Part shown: piece after piece, positions 35,920 to 45,410 of the stretch | Layout of the letters: the number at the start of each line of letters is the position of its first letter | Position numbering within the stretch: position 1 is the first letter of the stretch | Origin: a virus | Length of the DNA stretch: 64,000 nt | Virus record (IMG/VR): IMGVR_UViG_3300035698_002820 | Coordinates: 7,302-71,301 of that record | Strand: one strand, 5' to 3' | The notes under the pieces: generated by a model | What the model was told of the DNA's origin: nothing | The model's database searches: none | The model's input: only the letters and a program-made list of their open reading frames with translations | Position numbers and translations under genes: made by a program

Positions 35920-35994
35920 AGGGATGGGCTGGAATCGAACCAGCAATATTCCTGGGTCACAGCCAAGTGCGTTACCATTTACGCTCACCATCCC
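35920..35994 (-). tRNA. tRNA-His(GTG)
   Basis: GGGATGG/CCATCCC acceptor, CTTGG-CTGTGAC-CCAGG, GGTTCGATTCC. Confidence 0.85.
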
Positions 35995-35998
35995 ATAG

Positions 35999-36072
35999 TA
36001 GCGGGAGCCAGATTCGAACTGGCATTCTCTGGATTATGAGACCAGTGTGCTGACCAATTGCACTATCCCGCA
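35999..36072 (-). tRNA. tRNA-Met(CAT), initiator-like 1:72 mismatch
   Basis: TGCGGGA/TCCCGCT acceptor, CTCATAA loop, AGTTCGAATCT. Confidence 0.85.
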
Positions 36073-36285
36073 GTGTACTATGTCTGCTATTATTGCAACA
36101 GCAAATGGCACACCTTCACGTAGGCATGCCCATAGGTAAATGGCTGTTTTCATAAATGTGGCACTCCTTTATGAGAAGATGTGCTGTAGTATCCAGCTAC
36201 CAAAACAGATAGCAGACAAGATTACTAAACATCCTACAAAAAGTGAAGCCTCATTGAATGGGAATTTTTTCACCTAAACTCCTTA

Positions 36286-36362
36286 TGGTGGAAGCAGTGG
36301 GATTCGAACCCACGACTTTCTCCGTGCAAAAGAGATACTCTCCCAGATTGAGTTATGCCCCC
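36286..36362 (-). tRNA. tRNA-Ala(TGC)
   Basis: G3:U70 pair, TCTCT-TTTGCAC-GGAGA, encoded CCA. Confidence 0.92.
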
Positions 36363-36370
36363 ACCTTCTA

Positions 36371-36392
36371 CCTATCAGTCGTTACTCAGTCA
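36371..36392 (-). promoter_or_regulatory. Conserved phage motif, copy 6
   Basis: TGACTGAGTAACGACTGATAGG overlapping the stop of the 36382 ORF, 9 nt before tRNA-Ala. Confidence 0.65.
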
Positions 36393-36864
36393 CTTTGAGC
36401 TGTACTTCAATTCTGAAACTGAATCTGCCCCGACCACAGGTTGGCCGCCATGAGCCAGGCTTGACACCACCCCTGGGATATTCGTTCCTCAGGTTTGTTA
36501 TGATGTTGGTGATATCCAGCATGCCATCTTCAAAGAGTATTTCATAGGACGTTGGAATGCCTAGATGCTGCCATTCCAAGTATCCATTCTCATCTGTAGT
36601 ACCCCATGCATTGGGGTGCTCATAGGCCTGCCCTTCAGATGGCATGGTGGTGAATGCAATCTTCAAGCCATGCACAGGATTGCCTTCTGCATTTTCCACC
36701 CATATTTTGAACATCCTGTAGCCTGGTGAAGGACCATTTTCATCAGATGTTAGCCGGTGAAGTTTTGTGACTGTGAGTGTATCACTGTCACCAACTAAAG
36801 GCATCTCATCTTCAATCTCACGCTCATACCATTCTTCTTGCCACTTTTCCATTTGTACCTCCAT
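36382..36864 (-). CDS. Beta-sandwich (Ig/prealbumin-like) hypothetical protein
   Basis: IWVENAEGNPVHGLKI...WGTTDENGYLE. Confidence 0.55.
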   Translation of the reverse strand: MEVQMEKWQEEWYEREIEDEMPLVGDSDTLTVTKLHRLTSDENGPSPGYRMFKIWVENAEGNPVHGLKIAFTTMPSEGQAYEHPNAWGTTDENGYLEWQHLGIPTSYEILFEDGMLDITNIITNLRNEYPRGGVKPGSWRPTCGRGRFSFRIEVQLKVTE

Positions 36865-37294
36865 TATTTGATGTATAGATTATCCAACCCAGCAGTGCAG
36901 TAATCAACCCAATCACAAGGAAGGACAGGCCCACACTGGCAGTCTGCATGAGTGCGTGCATACGGTCTTGACGGGTCAGGGCATTGGCTACAGAGGCCAG
37001 GAGCCTACTTCTAGCCACAGCATATTCCATTTCCACATCTCTGCCAGCCAATATCTCTTTTTCACGCCAGATGTCCAGTTCTGCCAATGTCTGAGTCGTC
37101 AGTTCCTTTTGTGATGCCAGTTCAGTCTGGGCAGTTGTCAGCTCCAATTGGGCAATCCTGACATCTTCACTATTGAAGATGTCAAAGTCAGATATGATGT
37201 TTCTAGCTGTGAATACAACACACCCAGCAGCCATCAACACTCCCAGAAGGAGTAGAACAATGCCTACCAGTTTGAATACAGTCTTCTTCTTCAT
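36824..37294 (-). CDS. Putative lipoprotein/membrane protein, coiled coil plus C-terminal TM
   Basis: MKKKTVFKLVGIVLLLLGVLMAAGC lipobox-like; C-terminal hydrophobic helix. Confidence 0.6.
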   Translation of the reverse strand: MKKKTVFKLVGIVLLLLGVLMAAGCVVFTARNIISDFDIFNSEDVRIAQLELTTAQTELASQKELTTQTLAELDIWREKEILAGRDVEMEYAVARSRLLASVANALTRQDRMHALMQTASVGLSFLVIGLITALLGWIIYTSNNGGTNGKVARRMV

Positions 37295-37728
37295 TGCTTT
37301 CTCCTGAGTGGGCCATTGGGTGATTCCAATACCCAGGCAATCAACAGACCAAGACCAAAGAGTAATATGCCGGCAATCAGTACCCAGACAATCTGCAGAA
37401 TGATGTGCCCTACTGTCTGCCACTCAATTGTCTTGGCTGCTGCATCTTTGAGAATGTTATCACCCTTAACCTGCTCTAGTTCAACTTCCTTTTCTGTTCC
37501 CAAGCGATTCTCTTCTGCTGTTTTGAAGTCATAGTAGGACTGTTCTGTTTTCTTTTCTTGTGTTGCCAGCCCAACCTTTGCTGTTTCAGTTTCTTGTACT
37601 GCTATGCGTTCTTTGGCTCCACAGCTGACAGCACCACCTAGTAGAGTAAGTGATGCCAACAGCACAAGAACCAAAGTGCTTACCAGTCCACGTTCATCAT
37701 TACATAGGGACAAGTTCTCCCTCCTCAT
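37291..37728 (-). CDS. Putative lipoprotein/membrane protein, coiled coil plus C-terminal TM
   Basis: LVLVLLASLTLLGGAVSC lipobox-like; C-terminal hydrophobic helix. Confidence 0.6.
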   Translation of the reverse strand: MRRENLSLCNDERGLVSTLVLVLLASLTLLGGAVSCGAKERIAVQETETAKVGLATQEKKTEQSYYDFKTAEENRLGTEKEVELEQVKGDNILKDAAAKTIEWQTVGHIILQIVWVLIAGILLFGLGLLIAWVLESPNGPLRRKQ

Positions 37729-38401
37729 TCACAATGTACTTATGTTGTCCACTTGATGGAGCAAGATACTGGGCCCAGGCACCATTATAGTCCTTAAAGG
37801 CCATTTTACCATGCCCTTCTCCAGTTATAATGCCACGGTTTCTGAATTGTTTCATGACTGCCTTCCATTCAGTTTCAGTACAGATTTCACAGTCACGTAC
37901 AATGTTGGCTCTGCTCCAGCTTGCACCATCAGTATAGAACATCTTCATGATAGTAGTAGCAACAGCCGAAAGTCTGTTTTCTGTATAGGTTGGACGTTCA
38001 TAAGGCACATTGACATCAATGTCCTCATCATCTGCAAATAAACCTTCAAGCTGGTCAAGCATACGCATAGACCACTTTTCTTGTTGGTGGAATGGCCACC
38101 AAACTTCAATCAGAAAGTTAAGACCACCGACACCACATGCTGCTAGTGGCCCTGGCCACCAGCAAATGGTTAATGCTGACCAGATGTAGTTGAACAGTCC
38201 ACCACCATCATAATAGCCAATGGCCAGTCTGACAAGGTGCAGCACAATGAAGCACACAATATCAATCATAAGTGCTGCAGCTGCCAGCAATCGCACAGGC
38301 AAAGCGAAGTCAACAGGTATGCCTCTAGTTGATGTTTCTTTTGTCTGTGGGAAGATTCGGGCAAGCAACCATCCCATCCAGCCACGCCTGCCACCCATCA
38401 T
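37700..38401 (-). CDS. Membrane protein with possible C-terminal winged helix
   Basis: Two TM segments; WSRANIV...EWKAVMKQFRNRGII. Confidence 0.6.
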   Translation of the reverse strand: MMGGRRGWMGWLLARIFPQTKETSTRGIPVDFALPVRLLAAAALMIDIVCFIVLHLVRLAIGYYDGGGLFNYIWSALTICWWPGPLAACGVGGLNFLIEVWWPFHQQEKWSMRMLDQLEGLFADDEDIDVNVPYERPTYTENRLSAVATTIMKMFYTDGASWSRANIVRDCEICTETEWKAVMKQFRNRGIITGEGHGKMAFKDYNGAWAQYLAPSSGQHKYIVNEEGELVPM

Positions 38402-38416
38402 GGTTGCACTCCTTTA

Positions 38417-38623
38417 CTACATATTGCCTGCGATAGTTATCAAGCCACTGATGAGACGTTCACCAACTGCGATGACAGCAATTGTCTTGATGAGCAGGGC
38501 CATGTGCTCCTGTTCGTTGCCGATGATTTTATCTAGCTTGGTACAGATGTGAGTGTATTGCTCACTCAGTTTTGCCTGACCTATCTCAAGACTGGTCAGG
38601 CGGTTCTCCGTTGTCTCCCCCAT
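38417..38623 (-). CDS. Holin/XhlA-like small protein
   Basis: ENRLTSLE...coiled coil then hydrophobic tail; downstream of the tail fibre. Confidence 0.5.
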   Translation of the reverse strand: MGETTENRLTSLEIGQAKLSEQYTHICTKLDKIIGNEQEHMALLIKTIAVIAVGERLISGLITIAGNM

Positions 38624-38936
38624 TCTCTTCTACCTCTTCTTCTGGGATAGGTGGCATCATTGCCATCTGTAATGCTTGTTCTGTGAATTGGCGAGCAATT
38701 GTAGATAATACATCACTGATTTGCTGCGCCGCTTGTGAAGTAGTTGGTACACCAAGTACAGCTACTTGCTGTGAACCTGGAATGCCTGGTTTCCACATGA
38801 TTGTGACACCCCATAGTGGTTCAGTGATTATCTTAAGTAATCGGGCAATACCAACCTCTAACTGTGTATAGTCTTCAATACCAAGTTGCTCACAGAGAAT
38901 GTTGACTACCTTACCTTTTGAAAGTTTGTCTGCCAT
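38586..38936 (-). CDS. Hypothetical protein
   Basis: AAGGAGG RBS. Confidence 0.6.
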   Translation of the reverse strand: MADKLSKGKVVNILCEQLGIEDYTQLEVGIARLLKIITEPLWGVTIMWKPGIPGSQQVAVLGVPTTSQAAQQISDVLSTIARQFTEQALQMAMMPPIPEEEVEENGGDNGEPPDQS

Positions 38937-38996
38937 TGTTCTTCCTCCTTATATTTTTATGGTGCTCCATCATGCCTCCTTGAGTTAAACTTTGTT

Positions 38997-41900
38997 TTAC
39001 GGCTCTATTGCTAGTTGTGTCCATGTTGAACCTCCGTTACACGAAGCAGCCCACACATATTTTGAGCCATTGTAGTAAAAACGTAAGATGCCAAACCCAT
39101 CGGCCACTCCGCCTGTTGCATAGGCGCGGTAATCGGCCAAAGCCCCGGCCTTACCATAATTGATGTGTGCATTATTAGCGTCAAGGCGCAAGTTTTCTGT
39201 GCCGTTTACCGCAAAGCGAAGGAAGTTTGATTCGCTCCAAATAACCTCATGTTCGTCAGTGTCAAAGGCGATGCCTTGTGCCTCATCACCTCCTTTGAGA
39301 CGAATAGCATGGCTCAAAGTACTTGTTTGTAGGTCTTCCAGGTCTATACCATACTTAAACCTTGCGGTGAGTACAATGCCAGCGTATTCACGATAAGTGC
39401 CCCAGCCTTGCATCCAAAGGCCGACTGAGTTGAAGTGCCCTGCATAATTAGTTTGCCCCCCAGCAGAACCTGGATTTTTACCAAACCAAGCTGAGGCTTC
39501 ACTGTTTTCTTCTTTGTACATTTGAATCATCAAGCCACGGTTTCGGCAGGTTGCATTTCGGTTGATGATTATTTCGTTGGTAATCTGGCTGTCTACAACA
39601 CCAGATATGAGTCTAATCTCTATCCCACTCATGTCCTTTACATGACCAGAAGTTGGAGCGCTGCCATCAATTTCGCCATGAACACCGTAGCCATGTATTG
39701 AACCCATATCAGATAGTGCTAAACGAGCATGAAAGGCTTCAGCGTATGTCCAACTCACGGGGTCGCCATGTTCGTCCCCAAATCCATCATCTAAATCAAC
39801 AGTTCCCACAATGGCACGTCCTTCACCATTGTATGCTGAGGCTATTGCATGTTTAATTTCTACATGATGACTGTTAATAGGAGCTTGTGCAGTAATTTTA
39901 AGAGGCCCATCAGTGTCATAGATTCTAAACGCCGTCCAGTTATCGGGGTAAATATACGTTCCCTGGTCAGTCCACAAGCCACCTCCACCAGCTGCCAACT
40001 GTGTTAAAGTCTTTTCAGCAGTGTTTGGGTCTTTGAACACAAGGTCGTTGCCATCTATTTCTATATAATAACCCGTATCAAACTTAACGGTGTGGTTGGT
40101 AGTACCTGACAGGTCTATCCCGCCAATGCCCTTAAAGTATGTGTGGGCAGTACTAACGACCATCCGGCTGTTAGTGCCAATCACGAAATCAAAATAATCA
40201 TTCGCTACGTTATACTCTATGTAATCGTCCGCAGCAAACCTGATACGACGCTGAGTGCCAGCCAAAGTAATATCGCCAAGACTAATTGTGGCCTCACCTT
40301 CAACAGCAGCTATTGCTTCAGAATTCAGATATTTGGTATGGTGTGCACTTGTAGGGGCATCTGAAAGATTGCTATGTGCTCTGGTGGCCAAATCAGCTAG
40401 ACTACTACCAGTCTTATTCAAATTAGACCACGGCAGAGTTCCTGTGTGAGGGCCAGTAGCAGTTGCTAAAACATGGGCAGATGGAGAACCTTTAGATTCA
40501 AAAACAAATTCAGTTCCTGTATAAACAAGAATCTTGTCACTACCAATAGCGGCAACGTTGACTGTCTTATTTACAATTCGGCTAGCATCTCGAAGCTGTC
40601 CTATTGCAACAAGCCCACTAATCTGTGCCCAGGCCACTGTACTTGTTACTTCATCAAAAGCGGGCCATCTAACTGCATAATCAGGTTTACTTGTAATATC
40701 TGCCCAAGCAGTGGTGTGTGATTGGACTTGTACCTTTGTTGAACCTTCAAGTTTTGCTGAATCTGCTGCTTGGCCTGTTAAAGTAAGAAAGTCAGGATCA
40801 TGATATTCATTGCCATGCTCTTCCATCCCACCAGCAGAAGTGGCCCACACCATTGAAGTGCCATTGTATTTTAGATATTTGTTAGTTTCAGGAGCAGCTA
40901 TTGTTTTGCCCATGATACGACTGGCATCACGCAATTGTCCAAGTGAAACAAGTCCACTGATTTGTGCCCAAGTTGCTGCTCCTGTCACTTCACTAAAAGC
41001 AGGCCATCTTATAGTATATGTTGGTTCATCCGTGATATCTGCCCAGGCAGTACTGTGTGCTTTTGGGTTGTGGAGCTGTGCACCTGATAGAGCATTGTGA
41101 AGCAATTCTTCAGTCAAATCACCATGTAATTCAGTGACTACATATTTGGCATCAGTAGGTGCACCACTGCCTCCCGCAGCAGCCAGCTGAGTTAGTGTTT
41201 TTTCAGCAGTATTTGCGTCTTTGAATAATAAATCACCACTAACACCTTTCTTGATATAGTATCCAGTATCAAATAAGATTTGACGATTTAAGGCACCAAG
41301 AAGACTAAGGCCATCATGATTCAGTTCTGCTACTGCTGTAGGGCCACCACCAGAATATAGTCTCCATTCAAATTTGGCCCCACCAGCAGTATCAGCATTA
41401 AGAATCCCAAATGTCATAATGTCAGTATTTACAGTGTGGACTATGTAGTCATTGACATCAAAAGTGATTAATCCTGTATCATAGGGGTTCTCATCGGCTG
41501 CCCAAAAAAGATTAAGGTCTTCATATTCTTCAGTATCCTTGTCATATCGTCTCCACCTTAAGGTGTGGTAACCGCTTGTTTCATCAAAATCAAGAAAGTA
41601 CCTGTAGTCTTCATTCTCATATAGGACAACTTCACCATCGGTGTTGACTGTAAGATTATTGACTACAAGTGGGTCAGTATCACCAATATCTCCCCATTGT
41701 AATTCTGCCCAAGCAAATGTTGTAATATCAGTAGCACGAACAACATGACCTATTGTTAAGTTTGATGCTGTGTGATAGCTATTGACTAGTGTATGTGGGT
41801 CTGGTGCGCCGCCACCACCCTTAGTTTCAAAAACAAATTTAGTGCCATCGGCCTTGTAAACAAGAACCTTATCATCACCAATGTCAGTAATGTCAATTGT

Positions 41901-42527
41901 CTTGTTTACAATTCGACTTGCATCTCGTAATTTGCCTACATCTACAAGCCCACTAATCTGTGCCCAGGCTACTGTACTTGTTACTTCGTCAAAAGCGGGC
42001 CAACGAGTTGCATAATCAGGCTTACTTGTAACTTCAGCATGTGTGGGCCAGCGGGCTGCATAGTCAGGCAAGTCTGCGATGTCACTCCAAGGCAATGTGC
42101 TAGTGTGTGGCCCAGATGTTCCTAATATGTGTGCAGTAGGTGTGCGTTCTGCACTACTATCATCTAGTGTGGCATCTGAAACTTTTAAGTTGAGATTGGC
42201 AAGAGTATCAGTAGTATGTTTTGCACCACCCAATGTGTGGGCAGATGGAGTAAATATTTCTGGTTTGTCAACAACTTCAGTCCAATCAGGCCATCTAATT
42301 GCATAATCAGGTTTGCTGCCAATGTCTCCCCATTGTAGCTCTGCCCAGGCAAATGATCCTGCACCAATGGCACGAATGACATGTCCTACTGTTAAGCCTG
42401 TTGCTGTGTGATAACCACTACTAAGGGCATGTTGTACAAGTGCACCTATGAGACTGCCACTGGTAGCACTACCACTACTAAGTGCAGGTGATTGTAAATT
42501 GACTTCTCTCACAATACGGCGTTTCAT
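38997..42527 (-). CDS. Tail fibre / receptor-binding protein
   Basis: Repeated KPDYAxRWPxFxEV, WAQISGLV..G.LRDASRI and His-containing modules; last gene of the tail module. Confidence 0.8.
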   Translation of the reverse strand: MKRRIVREVNLQSPALSSGSATSGSLIGALVQHALSSGYHTATGLTVGHVIRAIGAGSFAWAELQWGDIGSKPDYAIRWPDWTEVVDKPEIFTPSAHTLGGAKHTTDTLANLNLKVSDATLDDSSAERTPTAHILGTSGPHTSTLPWSDIADLPDYAARWPTHAEVTSKPDYATRWPAFDEVTSTVAWAQISGLVDVGKLRDASRIVNKTIDITDIGDDKVLVYKADGTKFVFETKGGGGAPDPHTLVNSYHTASNLTIGHVVRATDITTFAWAELQWGDIGDTDPLVVNNLTVNTDGEVVLYENEDYRYFLDFDETSGYHTLRWRRYDKDTEEYEDLNLFWAADENPYDTGLITFDVNDYIVHTVNTDIMTFGILNADTAGGAKFEWRLYSGGGPTAVAELNHDGLSLLGALNRQILFDTGYYIKKGVSGDLLFKDANTAEKTLTQLAAAGGSGAPTDAKYVVTELHGDLTEELLHNALSGAQLHNPKAHSTAWADITDEPTYTIRWPAFSEVTGAATWAQISGLVSLGQLRDASRIMGKTIAAPETNKYLKYNGTSMVWATSAGGMEEHGNEYHDPDFLTLTGQAADSAKLEGSTKVQVQSHTTAWADITSKPDYAVRWPAFDEVTSTVAWAQISGLVAIGQLRDASRIVNKTVNVAAIGSDKILVYTGTEFVFESKGSPSAHVLATATGPHTGTLPWSNLNKTGSSLADLATRAHSNLSDAPTSAHHTKYLNSEAIAAVEGEATISLGDITLAGTQRRIRFAADDYIEYNVANDYFDFVIGTNSRMVVSTAHTYFKGIGGIDLSGTTNHTVKFDTGYYIEIDGNDLVFKDPNTAEKTLTQLAAGGGGLWTDQGTYIYPDNWTAFRIYDTDGPLKITAQAPINSHHVEIKHAIASAYNGEGRAIVGTVDLDDGFGDEHGDPVSWTYAEAFHARLALSDMGSIHGYGVHGEIDGSAPTSGHVKDMSGIEIRLISGVVDSQITNEIIINRNATCRNRGLMIQMYKEENSEASAWFGKNPGSAGGQTNYAGHFNSVGLWMQGWGTYREYAGIVLTARFKYGIDLEDLQTSTLSHAIRLKGGDEAQGIAFDTDEHEVIWSESNFLRFAVNGTENLRLDANNAHINYGKAGALADYRAYATGGVADGFGILRFYYNGSKYVWAASCNGGSTWTQLAIEP

Positions 42528-43483
42528 ACTGTAATATCCTCATAGGCACATGCCAGTTCAAAAGTGGAATCTTCAAACCTACGGTCATAGATTTCACCAG
42601 GTGTACGTTCAGTCTCGATGTAATAAAGTGCACCATATGGCAACCATTGTAGCTCATTCAAATCAAGAGTGCCCCATTCAGTCATGGGACTGCCAGGATT
42701 GACATCTGCAAAAGCATGGCTGAATCCCATGAATATGATAGTGCCTGCACCAAGATGATACAGCCAGCGTGATTTGTGCATGATACCATAGCTACAAAAG
42801 CATCCATCAATTTTGTTAGCTTGGAAGCCAGGTTTGCGTACAGCCCAGTTAGCAGAATGTAGATGGCCCTTTAACCACAATAGGTTCTGAGAGAAGGTAT
42901 AGAATTGTGGATACTCTGTTGCTGTGTTACCCCTGCCTGGATCTAAATGCTCCCATGCAAGAAGCTCTTGCCAAGTTCCTGTGTTATTTGGTATGGGAAT
43001 GTCAGCTTCATAAATGAAATAGCATCGGCCTGTGTTCTCATGATAATCTTCGCTACTTTTGTGTCTGACCTGAATAGGATAATGGTTGCCAATTACCAGC
43101 CCTTGAGCAGTCAGGTCAATTGGACTGGACATGCTTACCCAACCTTGTGGTGGTTCAGTGCTTTGGGCTGAACCAATAATCACCTCATTGTAGAGTAGTT
43201 CAATATATCCTATACGGCCTAGCTTGCCTTTTACTTGGATATCAACATACAGAGTATTTGACTTGTGTCTAATGTAGCCAAGCCACAGATCTTTCCATGT
43301 AGCTGCTTCAGCAACGTGATGGATGTGCTCATCACCACCAAAGGGCATATTTGGCATGCCATACCAGCTTTGTAGGAATGCCAGATTATTGACAACGGCA
43401 TTTAGTTGTCTGGCTGCACAGTATTCATCATCCATGAAGTTGCTGTCAGGCTCCCATAATTGCATTTTAGATTTCACTCTCAC
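42524..43483 (-). CDS. Minor tail/baseplate protein
   Basis: Position; shares W.G.I.H motif with the adjacent 43467..43964 gene. Confidence 0.6.
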   Translation of the reverse strand: MRVKSKMQLWEPDSNFMDDEYCAARQLNAVVNNLAFLQSWYGMPNMPFGGDEHIHHVAEAATWKDLWLGYIRHKSNTLYVDIQVKGKLGRIGYIELLYNEVIIGSAQSTEPPQGWVSMSSPIDLTAQGLVIGNHYPIQVRHKSSEDYHENTGRCYFIYEADIPIPNNTGTWQELLAWEHLDPGRGNTATEYPQFYTFSQNLLWLKGHLHSANWAVRKPGFQANKIDGCFCSYGIMHKSRWLYHLGAGTIIFMGFSHAFADVNPGSPMTEWGTLDLNELQWLPYGALYYIETERTPGEIYDRRFEDSTFELACAYEDITV

Positions 43484-43964
43484 TGACGGCCTTTACTTCT
43501 AGCAAATATCCACTCCAGTCGTCTGGAGCTGCTTTTGTTTCCACTTGCACCGTATACCATTCATATACAGGCAGGCTTAGGCCACTGATATCAATTGGAC
43601 TATCAATTGAATACCATTGACCACCTTCAACAGGGTTGTGTGTAGCTGTCTTGGTATCAATTACATTGCCATCTACAAGCAATCTGATCATGGCATCATT
43701 GCCAACGTCTGTTGCTTGAATTCGAACATTGGAATATATCAAATCAAATTGATGAAGAATTCGACCTGCCCAACAAATTCTCCAGTCTTGTGCTTTTGTA
43801 TAGGGATCACCTATGGTATATTCCTCATAGTATCCCCAAAAAGCATGACCACCACACAAATCTAACTGTGTTTTAATCCAGTTCAAATCAGTTAGAATAT
43901 CTAACATATCTTGGTGGTCACTTACACCACCATCTGTGAAAACGGGAGGAGTTACCCAACTCAT
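43467..43964 (-). CDS. Minor tail protein
   Basis: MSWVTPPVFTDG...DLNWIK N-terminus typical of siphovirus tail-tip proteins. Confidence 0.65.
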   Translation of the reverse strand: MSWVTPPVFTDGGVSDHQDMLDILTDLNWIKTQLDLCGGHAFWGYYEEYTIGDPYTKAQDWRICWAGRILHQFDLIYSNVRIQATDVGNDAMIRLLVDGNVIDTKTATHNPVEGGQWYSIDSPIDISGLSLPVYEWYTVQVETKAAPDDWSGYLLEVKAVSESEI

Positions 43965-43976
43965 AAAATTTGTCTC

Positions 43977-45410
43977 CTAATACCAAAGGTGTCCATGATT
44001 TTCTTGTGAAGCATTTCCATATTTTGATGTTCCCCATAGAAAATAATCATCTACCTGAAACAAATCTGATTCGAGTAATTCAAATGTCATTGTGAATTTG
44101 TTTACTAGTGACCAAGTTATGCGTGTAATGAAGCAGTCCAAACTGGAGCCTGAATGGGCCTCTACCAGTGTGACCCTGTCTCCTAGTGTCAGACCTGTTA
44201 CTCCAGGTACACTATCTAAGCGGTATCGCAAACGTGGTGTGCTTAATCGGTCACACATCATATTGGCAATTGATTGGGCATGAGCTTCAGTTTGAACGTA
44301 TATATTAACAGGCAATGTTCTGACAACTCTGCCATATGTGTCAATGCTGCTTTGATTAAGAGCAAATACCTTGCGAGATAGCCTGCCCAGTACTGGTATG
44401 CCACGCACAACAAAGTGAGTAATGAATAGACCATAAGTTGCGTGATTGTTGGTTATCTCATAGGTTAATGTTTGTGCAGTAGTAGATATGAGTTCCCAAC
44501 TTATCTGGCCGTTGACATCCAGACCATAGCTACTAGATGCGAGAATATCTACACCTACGACCAGATCAGCTACACTAACAGCAGGATTCATCAAACGACA
44601 TGTGACAATGCGCACTTCACCTGGTTTGAGCAAATATGGTTCACCACCAGACCATATTTGCTGAGTACGGCTTGCTGCTCTGGGTGTGTATTCTATACGA
44701 ACATCATTGGCAAATCCTTGCCAGTCATAGCCTAATAGACAACTGCCAAAATTGGCCACGGTGAAAGTATGCTGGCTGGATGCGTGCTTAAGCCAATGGA
44801 CTGCATTCTCAATGTGCAGAATGCCTGCCGCATCATAGAACATTCTGCCCATTTCAGCATCGACAATTGCACGCAATTCTTGATAAATACTTTCATCATC
44901 CATCCAGGTAAATGGCAGGTGATATAAACCTGGGTCAACTACAGCACTGACATCTCCTATTAATGCAAGCAAAATAGCAATGTATTGGTCTGTACGTTTA
45001 TTGCAGTATAATGCTGTACTAGTTGCAAAATCTATTGCTACATGACTTCCATCAAGACAGGCAAGAGTAGTGATGTGTGCTTTGGTATCTTCGTCCCAGC
45101 CATCAATGGCACCAGAAAACATGTGAGTGGCAGCCTCATCTACACCAATCTTGAGACGTACTGAAACAGTACGCATTTTACCACTGCCTATGTATGCATA
45201 CAATGCTCCAGCAGCATACTCAGCTGAGAATCGTTTGGTGCTATTATTCAGCCGTATTCGGACTGAATTAGCCTGGGCAGTACCAATAAGTGCACTGCTA
45301 GAACCACCAACCAGCAGGATGTCTCCAGAAGCTCCTTCAAGGTAGGCAGTTTCATCAATCCAGTCTGTGCCATTCCATCTGATTTCTAGCTGCTTGTTGA
45401 TAGTTCTCAT
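43977..45410 (-). CDS. Baseplate hub / Tal-like tail protein
   Basis: FSGAIDGW, AEMGRMFYDAAGILH, SIDTYG, LTLGDRVTL. Confidence 0.75.
   Translation of the reverse strand: MRTINKQLEIRWNGTDWIDETAYLEGASGDILLVGGSSSALIGTAQANSVRIRLNNSTKRFSAEYAAGALYAYIGSGKMRTVSVRLKIGVDEAATHMFSGAIDGWDEDTKAHITTLACLDGSHVAIDFATSTALYCNKRTDQYIAILLALIGDVSAVVDPGLYHLPFTWMDDESIYQELRAIVDAEMGRMFYDAAGILHIENAVHWLKHASSQHTFTVANFGSCLLGYDWQGFANDVRIEYTPRAASRTQQIWSGGEPYLLKPGEVRIVTCRLMNPAVSVADLVVGVDILASSSYGLDVNGQISWELISTTAQTLTYEITNNHATYGLFITHFVVRGIPVLGRLSRKVFALNQSSIDTYGRVVRTLPVNIYVQTEAHAQSIANMMCDRLSTPRLRYRLDSVPGVTGLTLGDRVTLVEAHSGSSLDCFITRITWSLVNKFTMTFELLESDLFQVDDYFLWGTSKYGNASQENHGHLWY

Noticed and set aside
40566-42030. Diversity-generating retroelement TR/VR pair in the tail fibre
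   Set aside because: Both copies are in-frame and internal, the differences are not adenine-specific, and no reverse transcriptase is in the window.
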